Position numbers and translations under genes: made by a program | The notes under the pieces: model-generated | Database searches by the model: none | Told to the model about the DNA's origin: nothing | What the model saw: only the letters and a program-made list of their open reading frames with translations | Part shown: piece by piece, positions 11,301-24,100 of the stretch | Layout of the letters: each line of letters begins with the position of its first letter | Numbering within the stretch: position 1 is the first letter of the stretch | NCBI GenBank assembly: GCA_013115125.1 | Contig: JABANN010000254.1 | Coordinates: 1-46,998, forward strand | DNA from: Perkinsus olseni | Taxonomy: Eukaryota | Length of the DNA: 46,998 nucleotides | Direction: 5' to 3'

Positions 11301-14300
11301 TTGTCAATGCTGGTCAGTGGATCATCGGTGGTTGTGTGGCAGAAAGCCCAAGACGACCTCTGCAGTGCCGAGTCTATGATAGAAGAGTACGACCAGGACA
11401 ACAGGGCGAAGGTAGGCGTCCAGCGGCATGCAGCCACTGCTGGCACCACCGAGCTCAGGGTGAGCACATCGGCAAGCTGACCGAGGCACTTGAGGCTAGG
11501 GATGACTTCATCAGTCAAGTCACGGACTACAGGGACCTCCTAGTGAAGGATGTGGCGGTCTTGGTAGGGCCCTTCGCCGCCGCTTTCGCTGTAGTGGTGG
11601 TCTGTGGACGCTTCAGGGTGGGGAGGCCGAGAGCCGTGCAGCGCTGGCAACCGACTACCACAACCAGCTCAAGGCCATGGTAGGTGGGCGGCGCATGCTG
11701 AAGGTGATGCCGTGTCCTTCAGCACGAGGAGCTTGTAGAGGCGCATAGGAAGGGCAATACTCTGGCGAAGGCATGGCAGCAGTCGGGGGCCGACAAGATT
11801 ACCGAGGTCCGGGAGATTGCTTCCAAGGCAGCCGCCGCCCTCAAGGCGAAGGTGGGGTTCGAGTCGGCAACGTGGCGGCAGGGCGTACTCGCAACCCTGT
11901 AGGATGAGATGATCGCCGAGTTGAAGGAGCAGTACCAGAGGCTGGCCGATAAATACGCCGACCTGGCTGAGAGGCGACAGAGGGACGTCAACGAGGAAAG
12001 GGTGAGGAGGAGGATATGCACACTCGCCTTGTGTGTGAGTTCACTAATTGCAGGCTCGGAAGGAGAGTGCTGCTGAGGCCAGTAGAACAAAGCTGTCATC
12101 CGTGGTCGACAGGGCACAGAGGATGGTGAAGTCAGCGGAGGATGATGGTGCCGAGGCGACCAGCCGAACTGAGGTCAGCCCCCCACAGCTCCTGCCCCGC
12201 CGTCTTCATTCGAAGCTTCAGGCGTACATAACCTCTATTTTGGGTTTGAATGATCGTCTGATGGCAACATTGAAGAGCTCCTCCAAGCAGTCCGAGGTGA
12301 GGGAGTCTGATCGCTGCTGTGTAGAGAATGGTGTCACGTCTAGGGAGAGACCGCGAAGATACTCGCCGTGCTGCAGACAGAGCGAAGGAAGAGGCGCATC
12401 GCCGAGGAGGCATTGGAGAAGGTCAGGGAGGTTGGGTACAGCAGAGTGTGATGGGTTGGTCTCGACAGGTCTCAGCGGAGTCAGCAGGGCAGGAGCCATC
12501 CGCTGCCGCTAGTCGTAGACTCGCCGTGCACCTAGCTCGTCATGTACAGGACCTCACTGCTGTAGGGAAGTACCAGGTGTCATCGCCAAAAGCAGCTTTC
12601 TCCCCTATCTTCAGACCATAAAGGAGCTGAAGGAGAAGCAAGGTGAGGAGAAGTCCTCCAGTCCGTCCATTGAGAAGAGCGACGAGAGTACTGGTAAGTC
12701 AGGTCACTCGCGAGGGGCATGCAGGCTCCGGTCATTCTCAGAGTCGTTGGACTCGCTGCAGAGGGAGTCTTCGCGCCTTCGCCGGTCAAGGCCAGAGCGT
12801 GCATCGGAAGCCCTCTCCAAGCGCATGGCCTCGTTGTCCGCCTTGATGGCTCAGATCGTCACCACGCCAGTAGGCTCCTACCCGAAGCTCGGATCTCGGT
12901 AAGCTCATTCGTTATCTCAGGCGGATGCCGAGGAGACGGCCCATCATGATGAGGAGGAGGAGAGCGACTTGTCTCCCTCCCACGCGGTCGAGCCCCTGCC
13001 TTCCAGCCCGGCTAGTGACGAGGAGGACACGCTTGCGGGCGTTCTCGCTGACACCAGCAAGTCGTCTGAAGCACCACCTGACTGCAGCGCTGCCATCCAG
13101 TACTTCCAAGACCTGGTGGAGTCGTCGATCCCCGACTCTCCTCGGTTCGAGGACGTGGACCTCGAGCACACCAGCAAGGCAGCAGGGGTGCAGAACGAGA
13201 GCGACTTGCCGGCTGTCCCGACTCTCTCTCTCGCCAGACCTGAAGTTCTCCGCAGCGAGACTGATGGCTGGAGCACCCAAGTGGCGCCAAGCGTGGTGGG
13301 CGGTCATCCCGAATCGACGATAGGAGACGTGCCTCCGCCTAACAGAGTGGACGAGACCTCCTCATCTGATGGCTGGGACAACTTCGCCCCCAGCACGGCT
13401 CCGCCACCGCCGCCCTCGTCCTCGTCGGCGAGTAGCGGTCCTGGTGAGGCTTGGTCCACGGAGCGTCAGGGTTCTATAGCCACAACGACAGAGGTTGCTG
13501 CAGCCTCCAGCCAGCCAGAGGCCACCAGGGACATGGAAGGGGCTGATGGCGGCACTGGTGGAGTACGACCAGAGCGGGCCAGGCCGATGGGTTCTACCGG
13601 CTCTGAGGGCTTGGACTTCGCTGGCTCGTCAGCCGAGGAGTCGGTGGAGCCGGAGAGGCTGCAAGCTGTCGAGTCTAGTCCCGAGCAAGACAACCGGCCA
13701 GAGGCCACTCAGAGGGATGCTGATGTAGCTGAGACCGGTGCAGGAGAGGATGCTCACCATAGTGGCTCATGGGACGAGTGGCCGATGGAAGAAGACACAT
13801 CGTCACCAGCAGCAGCCCGGCAGCCAGAGAGTACCGAGGATGTGAGCTCGGCGTCATTGCGGCTTCACCAGCAGCAGCAGGATGAGGAAGATGCTGCAGC
13901 ACCTCCAGAGGAGCGTCGTCCTGGAGGGGCTACTGACCCATCAGCACACGAGGCTCCAAGCAAGACACCGGAGATCGTAGCAGCAGTGCCCGAGGAGGAG
14001 ATGATGGATGCAGAAGATACTTCTGACGATCATGAAGCGGCTCTACAAGAAGCAGCCGATAGCCAAATCGGGAGCCCTTCTCAGGAGCCTCCTGCGCCCC
14101 CTTCTGTCACCACAGAACAGAGCGCCCCCGCGGATGAGAGTCCAGTTGGGTCTACCCAGTCCCCGACCCACGCCCACGGTGTTGTAGTCTCCGCGGACGA
14201 CGGCCACGGTGTTGTAGCCTCCGCGGACGACGGCCGCGGTGTTGTAGCCCCCGCGGACGACGGCCACGGTGTTGTAGCCCCCGCGGACGACGCCCATGAT

Positions 14301-15341
14301 GGCGGTGGAGCCGCCCCGAGCGATGAACCCAGCGGCGTAGTTCCCGCAGGCGAGGTCCATCAGGACTCGCCAGTAGGAGTAGGAAGTGATGGTTTTGATT
14401 CTGATGGCAACGACGAGGCGGGGCCACTGCCTGAGCCCGCGAGTTCAGCAGCTGCGGCGAACATCGACTTCGACGTTCTGGACACCAGCAAGGCGGCAGC
14501 AGATAGTGAGCAGGAGCGCTCTCCGACACCCTGGGATTCCCCCAAGCATGCCCAGCAGCAGCAGCAGCCGGCCGCGCCGTTAGATTTCAGTGCTCTAACG
14601 GAAGATGCCCAGCAAGGTCAAGCGACGCCGTGGGACGACAGCCATGACGACATCGATGATTTCTGGGGCGCGTGGGAAGATGCACACCCACACACAGAGC
14701 AACAGGCACAGTCAAGTGGGGCGGCGGCGGGTGCTGAGAAGAATGGTGCTGAGTCTCACGAGCTAGTGAATACTACTGCTGAGCGTTATCAAGAAGCGGA
14801 GGCGTCGGCAGTTGCGGAGAGCAGCCGCGCTCCTGTTCCGCACGAGTCTGCCCATCCGGTACAGGAGGCTGCACACTCGGAAGATTCGAAGGCGGTCGTG
14901 GAGTCGAAGCCTCCGCATGAAGCGGACGAACCGACTAATCTCTGGGATGAGACAGAAGTTGATAGTTTGGCACTGGACGGTTGGGATGACCATGTTGAGA
15001 GCCCTCACAGGCACCCAGCGTCCCCCACGGCTGCTGCAGCTCAGCTGGGTAACTCGGAGCCCCTCTGGAGCCATCCGGTCAACGCCCACACAGAGCCAGA
15101 CGTGCAACAACCTTCCGCCGGCTGGAGTTTTGACCAGGAAAGTCCACGGGCGAAGTCCGCAGACGAGGAGAGGCCAAAGCAGGAGATGCATCACCTGCCC
15201 ACCACCGCCGTCCACTCTGCTGCGCATCACGAAGGAGTGCCGAAGCCTGTGAGCGATGAGAAGCAGCAAAGTGGCGCCAAAGAGGCGGCGGGCAGCAAAG
15301 AGTTAGATGATGATTTCTGGGATCTCTTGAACTCGGCATAA
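8351..15341 (+). CDS. Very large multi-exon coiled-coil protein with long acidic disordered C-terminal exon
   Basis: MLSRFFGEDSQ start; many short E/Q/L/A-rich heptad exons between 8.5 and 12.9 kb; ~800-codon terminal exon ending DDDFWDLLNSA*. Confidence 0.7.
14171..14296 (+). repeat. 30-bp coding tandem repeat, about 4 units
   Basis: (CGGCCACGGTGTTGTAGCCCCCGCGGACGA)-like units encoding GHGVVAPADD variants. Confidence 0.95.
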
Positions 15342-15471
15342 TTCCTCCATTATACTCGGACAATTCTTTTTCGGCTGAGTTTACCATTCACACTGCGTGT
15401 TTTCTCTCGAGCAAAGATATTTTGAGTTGGTAAAGTGTCAACACTCTACGGAATGAAGGAGGAAACCGAAT

Positions 15472-16968
15472 TCAATCTGGAGACGACGCCACCTCATACG
15501 GAGTCACAATCGTGTCGTGGACGTCCTGAACTGCCTCGAGGAGGGTCTCTTCATCGACACCGTACACATTGTAATGGTGCATGAATGCCCTGCCGAAGAG
15601 AAGGATAGTAGGGTTGGCGAGACAAAATTGCAACACCCACCCATGCCGAATCTTCTCGGTAGCGTCCCTCTGGAGTTCGCTCACCATACTCGCTGTATAC
15701 GTCCAATTCACAGCCAAGCTCACTCTACGGCTCTTATCCCCGAGTGTTGATGAAGGAAGGTGTCGCCTGCCACAAGGCTGATGATCGACTACGAACACTC
15801 TACAGGAATCTTCCTTACCTTAGGTCTACGTTGTAAGGGCCATTCCAAGGCACCCTCCCGCCCAGGCATGAAGTTACCTTCTCGGTTATGCTGGCTTCTA
15901 CGGCTGAGCCGACTACGGCTCTCGCTGCTATTAGAGAGTTCTGCGACCGCGTTGGCGGAATGCGCATGCGCAAGTCCTCCAGGGCGTTGGCGGCGTAGAT
16001 GTGTGCAAACTTGAGGGTCGGCATTGGGCAAACCACGCACTGGAAGTCATCCAGGCTCAGGCCACTCTTGGTTTGCATCACGTCAATTAATGCCGCGGCG
16101 ATTTCGGTGTTGAGTGCCTTCACAGAGGGACCTTGGAAGCAGCCGTTCTCGACGAGAATGCCCAAGTCACAGGTCTGCTCTATCCGTTGCAGAGCGAGAA
16201 TCTCATTGATCGACTGAGAAGGGGTCCGATGCGCCGTCCTTAGGAATCATGTCTCTTACTAACCCGCATTGGACTCCCTCCGGCCGGGTTGGCCACGATT
16301 GATACAGCAGCTAGTAGGCCTTGGCGTCCGAGCTGGCCCCTCGTCATTTCCATGACTTTGCTGCCAAGGCCACTCCCCGTGCCGCCAGCTAGGGAGTGCA
16401 CGATTATGACGTCCACGCTGTGATCGCTGTACCTGTGTAACGCATGCCTGCCGAGCTCTCATATGGGATCGCACTCGATCTCCCGCCGCAGTGTATTCTC
16501 AATCTGCTCCAGGAACTCCTGACTGTTATCGGCATATCCTGCAGGATGCCTCACTGACTGGTCATAGACCGCTACGTATGAGTCGTGTGGTCATAGCCGA
16601 AAAACGCTTCTGTACTGTGTGAGGTATAGCATGTAAATCGTCATGATGATTACCCATAGCCCAGCTCCCTCCCCTTCCTCTTGCCGTCCTGTCTGTGATG
16701 CAGAGCTGATCTCTGAATGACAGGCCCTGTTTGACCCGGGCATCGTGTCGCATCGCTGTCATTGGCTTCGGCTCGGTGTCAATGAGTATAGCTCCTACAA
16801 TGGAGCATCGCCGCTGCAGACCCTACCGAACGACATACTGGGTGTTGGAGGCACTTCGTTGTTATAGAGCATATCATCCAGCCCGGCGAGTTGCCTCCAC
16901 ATCGCCGACCCGAGTTGTATTCCACACTGGCCAACATGGATGATGAGGGGCCCATCGAAGCCCAGCAT
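15472..16968 (-). CDS. Divergent delta/zeta(eta)-class tubulin
   Basis: IHVGQCGIQLG; ILIDTEPK; GRGGSWAMG; HSLAGGTGSGLGS; C-terminal AFMHHYNVYGVDEE..Y with no acidic tail. Confidence 0.8.
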
Positions 16969-17133
16969 GGGAGGGCCTCGCGGAAAACTATCAAAGGCTA
17001 CCAAGATAGCCAACACGTGAAATTGACGAACACAGTGCGGGGGATGAAGGAAAACACGGTGTGCACGGTGTCATTAGGGTGGCTGAACATCTGTGCGTCC
17101 CTTCAACTTTCTATTCTGCTGGTAGCTTGTAAA

Positions 17134-18313
17134 TCACTGTGCGGCTATGTATGTGACGAACTCGACAATAGCATCCAGTAGACGCTCTAACTCGCCTGGT
17201 GCACACTCGTCTAGAGCATGGTTTCCACCAATCTCCAGCAGCCTCGCATTCATAGCATGGGCTAGCCGACTGTTGTTGTTGTTCGGAAGGGAGTGGTCAA
17301 CGTACCTGAAGATAAGGTAGGTGAACCGAATAACAGCAAGAAGCCGTTGAGGCGGAGAGGCGCTCTCTAAAGTTCCTAGACCTACTCATCGTTCAAGCCT
17401 TGCACTAGCAGTACGCGGGGTACTTCCGTCATGTGGCCCACCGCATCCAGGAGTTCGGTATCGCTCAAGTCACGGCTGAACATATCATCTGGGCCCGACA
17501 TCCGGCAGAACAGAGAAGCGAATCGTGATGCGTGTATTGGGTGGCCAGAGGTGAACTCCGAAGCCTCAGGCGGCATGAAGCAGAGAGGCTCCCTTTCGAG
17601 GAGGGACTGAAAGCTCGTGCTGCTGACGACAATGCCGTGATGGGGCGCAACCTACCGCCGCAAGCTCTCGCATCTCATGCAGCCTCTCCTGGTCCTTTTG
17701 GCAGTCCTTTACGGCGAAGTCTACCGCATCCCTGTCCGAGACAGCGCCCTGGAGGATGCAACCCTCAACAGTCGGCAGGCTAGGTTCCTGATAGCCGACA
17801 GACTTGAGTATTCCGAGCGAGTCCCATCAACCGACCTCCGGTGTTCTCGTCTTGATGAAGTGTACGACATCCTGACAACCTGTACTGTGGCCAAGCAGGA
17901 AGACATGCTCGACACCATCTGAAGGGAGCGACAACCTAGCGTCAGGGTAGACACTGCAGAGAAGGCTCACGATGCTCCTTGAGGAAGGCTAAGGCCTGGG
18001 TCATGTCCTCCACGTCTGAGTCCAGAGATGAATAGCCATAACCGCTGTACGAGGAATGCATCAATACCTGAAACCGAACTGCTCGACCTTCTCCAGTGCT
18101 ACAATTCCAAGAGCTCACCTGGAAAACTCTAAGACCTCTTTTAGCGAGCAAAGCTGGGTAGAAGGGTCGCAAGAAGCCATCAGTGAGGCCTGCCATGAAG
18201 AGCAGCCCTGTGGATGACGGCTCATCATGGCCTTCTCCATCGAACTCGAACAGAGTGAGGTTGTCTTCCTGGTTGTAGACGAAGAGTTCGCCTTTCGCGG
18301 AGACCGCTGCCAT
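17134..18313 (-). CDS. DUF1749/UPF0613 alpha/beta hydrolase
   Basis: FMAGLTDGF; SSYSGYGYSSLDSDVED; nucleophile elbow GHSTGCQD; LQGAVSDR; RFASL..DDMFS.DL; DE|YV; NHAL. Confidence 0.9.
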
Positions 18314-18475
18314 GGGTTAAATCCAAATTATAGACAGGAAGTTTCAAAAATCGAGCTGAGGGGCCTCAGTTTTCGGAGCCAGCTCCGTCATCAGCAGTGA
18401 TACGGGCTTCGGTACATCAACTCGGAGCCTCGACTGAGCAAACTCAAATCTCAACTATAACAATGGATAATCTTC

Positions 18476-19952
18476 TCATAGTTTTTTCATGTCAACCCAC
18501 ACATACTTGGTATCGCTCACATTCCCACTGGGGTGCGTTCTGAGCTCGGCTTCGACAACGGCAACCTCCTTCAAAGCATCCGTCGCGTCTATCCTCCCAG
18601 AAGGGTTCCAAATGATGAAGTGACCTCGGCTGTCCACAGTGAAGGCCCACTGATGTAAACCAAATCGGAAGCCTCCCGGTACACCTTCGTTCTCCGCATG
18701 CCGAAGCAGGACGTAGCCGCCAGGAGCTGTGACGTGCAGTAGATGTCTCAAACCAGCCATGGGGTCATAGGAGTGATCCAAGGCGTTGACCATGTGAGTA
18801 ACAGCGAAGTAGTTGGCTGGGTAACATCGCCATAACTCCTCAACAGCACAAGTCATCGGAGGCCTCGATAGTGGGGCTAACTGCAAGGAGTCGATTATGC
18901 TGGCATAATACCTAAAACACTAGGAAGAGGGGCATCCCAGAGGAGAACCCATCCGACCTGCCAAGGGCGTCCGCCGAGTCCACCGGAATCCTGACCATGA
19001 TTCTTCGGTCGCCGGAGAACTCGATCTCACAGTCCTGATATGTCGGAGTGAGAGGACCACTGCCGGCATTGAGGATGCGCATGCTCTCCAACTTGTTGTG
19101 CTCGGTGTCCCCATCTCGCCACTTCTGCACATAGTCACAGATACCCTGCTCGTCGTGGTTCCAACGGATACCCCCCGTACGTATCCACTCGGCGATCTCA
19201 ACATCCGTTGAGTTGAGCTTCTCACGCCAGAAGTGAGCCTCAGACTCGACTCCCCGAGCCCAATGGAGCCAGAATCTCATCCTGCTAACCCAGGCCTCGG
19301 ACACACTGCGACCCACTCCGCACGAATCACCCGGTCGCTCTTTCAGCGGCGGCAAGAGTAGCCACTGATCCTTGCTCTCGAGAATACTGAGCATATTCTC
19401 AAGTACTTCTTCCAGAGAGAAGGGCCAGTCCTCTCTATCAACAGGGTCCTGGTAGGCACCAGCGTGACAGCACGACAGATGGTAGTCCCCGAAGCGTATG
19501 GCGATATCCATTAGCGTCGTGGCGCTGTTACTCGTCCGATTGAGCTCCTCCAAGTCCAGCTCCTCAATGCCTCTACGATGTCGTTGCAGCCTCAAGGCCT
19601 CGCTTTGAGAGCAGACCACCGCCATGTTCATGAGGCCCTCGTAGCAAGTGGCTTCATTGAGGAGTAACATTCTATCCTCTGAGTCGTCAGGTGGGAGGTA
19701 GAGCCCCTGGAATATGATGGGGTACCCAATTTTGCACAACTCGTGGACCTCAGCAGACCGCAACTGTGGGTCGACGAGCCTTAGCTCTTCAAGAGCGCTC
19801 CGGAAAGCATATAACTGTTGGGCGTTCGGGTCAGCCTGGCAGGAGCACGACGACACAGTCGGAGGTAGGAAGTGCGGTGTGAGAGCCCTGACCGAATGTT
19901 GAGGATGCAGCAGGAGGCATTGCGCCAAGATGGTGATACTCCGCAGTAGCAT
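18476..19952 (-). CDS. Signal-peptide-bearing class I SAM-dependent methyltransferase-like protein (2 exons)
   Basis: Hydrophobic N-terminus; motif I-like RILNAGSGP; NALDHSYDP..LLHVTAPGGYVLL; GLHQW. One short intron at about 18912-18956. Confidence 0.7.
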
Positions 19953-21819
19953 AATCAAGGCCAAGTTCGACTGCGGAGAGGGTCGGTTCTCACTGCCTGG
20001 TTTCTACCGAAAAGCTTCCAGTCCTCACAGCAAAGATTGACGCCCGTGCTTCGACTGGTAGAACGCAACATGGGAGAGAATAGAAGCAGAAGGATACGAA
20101 ATCGGTTTGGACAAGGTGGATCTGCTCGTGAGGTTAGTAACGAGTTTATATGTCGCGAGGACAGCTAGAGGATCTCAACAACTTCAACAGCAGCCAACCG
20201 AAGCACAATGCCGTAGCGGAAGGCACTCTCACCTCAGCGTCAGAGCGTGGAAGCAATCCACGCCGCTGCCTTGATGGCAACGAGAGTGGACTCCGAAACA
20301 ACACAGTCCTGATGTGATGGTCGGAATAGAGTGGTACAGCGATTAGCTGATGATAGCCGCAGAATGAGGCAGCAGAGATGGACGTTAAATCGAAGGGGGA
20401 GCACGAGCACCCGACTGGGTAGTCGCCCGTAGACGACCTCCGACACATCCGAGAACGGAATTATCACTGTAAAATAAGAATCACACATCAACATCAGGAA
20501 TGTCCCTACTGAAGCTGTTCTGCTGCTGGCCTTACCAGCACGGCATCTCTTCATGCATACAAACAACGAGTTGTTGCATATTGAGCCACAGCAACAGGAG
20601 ACTCGGGAACATTGCTCGGCAAGAACGATAGTAAAGGCTGTTGTTGATGTTATTGGTGAGACCCTCCATTTACTTAGTATTATATAGTAATTAAGGACAC
20701 TTATTATCATCATCTTCCTCCCCAATGGCAAGAACAGCGACAAATAGTATTAACAGTAGTACAGAGCAGACACGACTAAAGACTGAACGTGAGATTATTA
20801 CTAAAGAACACTCAAGCACTCCGAGACCAGACCAATAAAGGGACCCGAACAACCGGCGGATCCCACTGCTTGGTTTGGAGCTCTTACATGCTTGTATAGC
20901 TACTGTAGGAGGCTGTTGAAGTTAGACTCAGAAACACCGATCGTGAAGGCAATAGTCGCGAGAGGTGCGAAGAGACAGCAGAACCAACAGTCGGAGTGTT
21001 TAGGTGTTATTGAACCGACTCTATTGTAAGAAGCTTAAAATACTAGATACGATCGAGCAAGCACACCGTCATAAAGGATAACATGATAGTGACAGCACTA
21101 TCAGTAGTACAATCAAGCCAGGGAGAAGGAGGAGATGGAGGTTAGCAAACAACACTCGTTCAATAGAGTGCTGAGAAGGCGCATGGGGATACAGATGGTA
21201 ACGGCAAAGGCACAAAGAGGCTATTCCGATACCACAGCTGTGACCTGAGCGCCTTCATATAATAGTAGTCTATCAGCCGTGGGAGTCACGTTACACGCGA
21301 CACCGATGGCTTCATGACGTTGACTACAGAGTGGTAGAGACTAAGGCTGGCTACTCCTCAGCAACAATAGACTCTACAAGATAGGCGGTGATACCGCTGA
21401 ATACTCAAGTAGGTAATCAAGCAAACGAGCATACTGAGACCACAACCACAGCCAGTCGACGCTGCACTAGCACTGACAGGCTGGTGGTAGGCAACAGTAC
21501 ACTCATTCGAGACAATGAGAAATGATGAAAATGCAGCACCAACAGAAATGCTGCATCAGCTCTACTGCACTGATCAATCTTACTAAGTGCTCGAGCCCAC
21601 AACAGCCGAGCAACTGTAATACGCTGATGACAAGGGCTGATGCAGGAAGAACAACAAGGATGCCGATACTAGGCGACAAGCGACCAGTAGCAGAAGATAC
21701 AGCGAAAGACAGCATTTGTTCCTCAAACGTCCAAAGAGAACATATGGTCACTAGAAAGATCAAGCAGCCCTCGCAAATGCTCACAAGTGCTGTATATTAG
21801 TGAGATTAGCAGTAGGCAA

Positions 21820-23172
21820 CTACATCGTCCCCAGGTTGCTGGCACTGCCCAGCAAGCTACTGCTGCTGTTACTGGAAGCAGCACCGTACACCGGCGCAGA
21901 GGAGTAGTAAGGAACACTCGCGGAGTTGCTAAGGGAGAAGTCCCTGAAACCGTTGGGTAGACTGGTTGCAGCCGCGGCACTCATTTCGTTAGAAGGGAAG
22001 CCACTGGGTAAGCCTCCGCCGATTGATAAGTCGGAGGCCGGAGCCATGGTGGGCTGCTGCTCATTCGCCGCGAGTAGGGTCTGACGGTGAAAAATCAGTG
22101 ATACGATCAAAAAACATTCCCTCAATGGCTTACCTCTAAAGCCTGCAATAAGTTAGGATCAGTCAAATCTGGTTCCTGATCGACTTGGCCGTTTCCATTA
22201 GCCAAAGGAACCTCCTGCTCGAGGGATATGGTGGGGGGAACCCTGCCTTGCGGCTGCTGCTGCTGCTGCTGGCCATGGACCGACCGAGTCTCCGAGTAGG
22301 GCGATGAGACCATAGATAGTAAGGAAGACGTCGGGGACACAGTAGGTGGCATGTTAGGTAGCAGATCGTTGGTCGAGGAGCTCAGCAAGGGATTCTCACC
22401 CATAGCGCCTTGAGCAGAGAGGTTACTCGGCACAGATTGCACAGTCGGCGGAGTCCACGTTGGTAAGTTCATGGCAGCAGCAGCAGCAGGGGCGGAAGGA
22501 GATGACACTTGTCTGTCCAAGCTCGTAGTACTGCTGTTGTTGTTACGTGGTGGCATTGGTGCACTACCGACCTGAAAAAAGCACTGAGTGGGAAGGAAGC
22601 CCAACTGCCCCGACTGCTGGATACTCACCTGCTGTTGATGTGATTGCTGCTGCTGCTGCTGGCCAAACCCACCTTGACGTGAGAGCTCGAGGGCACCAGC
22701 CAAGATCGACTCTTGGGCTTGAGTCTTGTTGTGAGACAGCTTACAGTTAGGGTCGTTACAGCTGCCATCAAGGGCACCGAAGCACACTTGAGGACTACTG
22801 TTGCCGAACGGTGACCTCAGCTCTTCAGGGGAATGAGCATACTGGCAGTTGGCATCCTTACAATTGCGACGAGCGCACATCTTAGTTTTATAGAAGTCGG
22901 GTCGAGCACCAAGTTCACTAAGCTGATGGGCAAACGTACAGCGGCTACCATACCTGAGGAGACGACCCTTGCGGAATACTCTCGGACGGGACTACTACTA
23001 CCTGCAGCTTCCACGCATATAATGCCGGCAAACTTTGGTCTTGTAAAGCTGCACCTTCATGTTGTTGATTTCACCACCACCGCTGTTACTGCTTGGGGAA
23101 CCCGAGTTCGACGAAGGACGTTCATCACCGTTGTACTGCTGCTTCCTCGCGACCGTTGGACTCCTGCTGTTC

Positions 23173-23207
<35 letters not shown>

Positions 23208-23357
23208 GGGAGAACGAGTAGGTCTTGAGGAGGCGGTGCTGCCGTTGCTGGACCGGGAAGTAATGCTGCTGGCAGGGGACGTTGTAGTAGTAGGGGAAGA
23301 GTCACGAGGACTGCCGCCGCTGCTGCTGTGAGACTTATTAGAGGTAGGTGAAGTCAT
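21820..23357 (-). CDS. Tandem CCCH zinc-finger RNA-binding protein (TIS11/ZFP36-like lead-ins)
   Basis: LYKTKVCRHYMRGSCR|YGSRCTFAH; FYKTKMCARRNCKDANCQYAH; CFGALDGSCNDPNCKLSH; S/N/Q-rich low-complexity flanks; two short introns. Confidence 0.9.
23173..23208. repeat. (TTG)12 microsatellite encoding poly-Asn
   Basis: Direct read; lies in CCCH gene exon 1. Confidence 0.95.
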
Positions 23358-23885
23358 ATTTGATGATGATTATGATGATGTTGGTCTTAGAAGAATGGCA
23401 ATATTTTGTCAGAAGAGTAGAGAGAGTGTTGCAAAGGGGAACTATAAGCAACTAACAGAAGACCAATGATGAATCACATAGGGTAAACACCCACTTCTGG
23501 TGAAGACGATGTCAGCAGCTGCGGGACACAAACGCGAACACAAGGTCGGAAGACCCTAGACGATATCCCAGCCATTTCAAAACTCCCGTAACGTGCCTAC
23601 ATCATAATCATGGCACCGAGCAACCGCTGCAGTAGACCTACTTCATCATCGCACTAGAGTTGAAGAAAATCGATACCACAGGATCGCCTACTCGAGAGTT
23701 GTCCGAAATCTTATCGGTTAGAAAATTCGGAAGATCCGATACTAGGACTGCTTCAGACGCGTAGTTTCGTGAGCGCCGGGTCTCTGTCCCAGGGCACAAA
23801 ATACGGGCATGTGCTTGTATCACACAAAAGAAGCTTAGATAGCCACCTCGCACAGTGGATGGCGGTCTACCGCCATGCCGCGCTT

Positions 23886-23954
23886 GGCGTTTTGGTCGAA
23901 CGGTATTGCGCGCGTCCGTACATCAGATGTCCCGGGATCGAATCCCACACTAAT
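23886..23954 (+). pseudogene. tRNA-like relic (A box plus B box at tRNA spacing)
   Basis: TGGTCGAACGG (23893-23903) and GGATCGAATCC (23935-23945); cloverleaf stems largely broken. Confidence 0.4.
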
Positions 23955-24100
23955 CATTTATCAAGTTGTGATCAATCTCTCGTGAGAAGGTCACTAAAGT
24001 ATTTCCTTTGCTTACATTGCCTCTTCGGCGTACATCTCGAGCTCGGCAGAAGCCTCTGCTTCTCCTTAGTTTCGAATTCGTGTTTTCTTCCAAGTGGTGC

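Noticed and set aside
14171-14296. CRISPR-like array
   Set aside because: Contiguous in-frame repeats with no spacers, inside a eukaryotic exon.
20000-21819. Classical AU-rich elements for CCCH autoregulation
   Set aside because: No clustered UUAUUUAUU nonamers visible on the minus strand.
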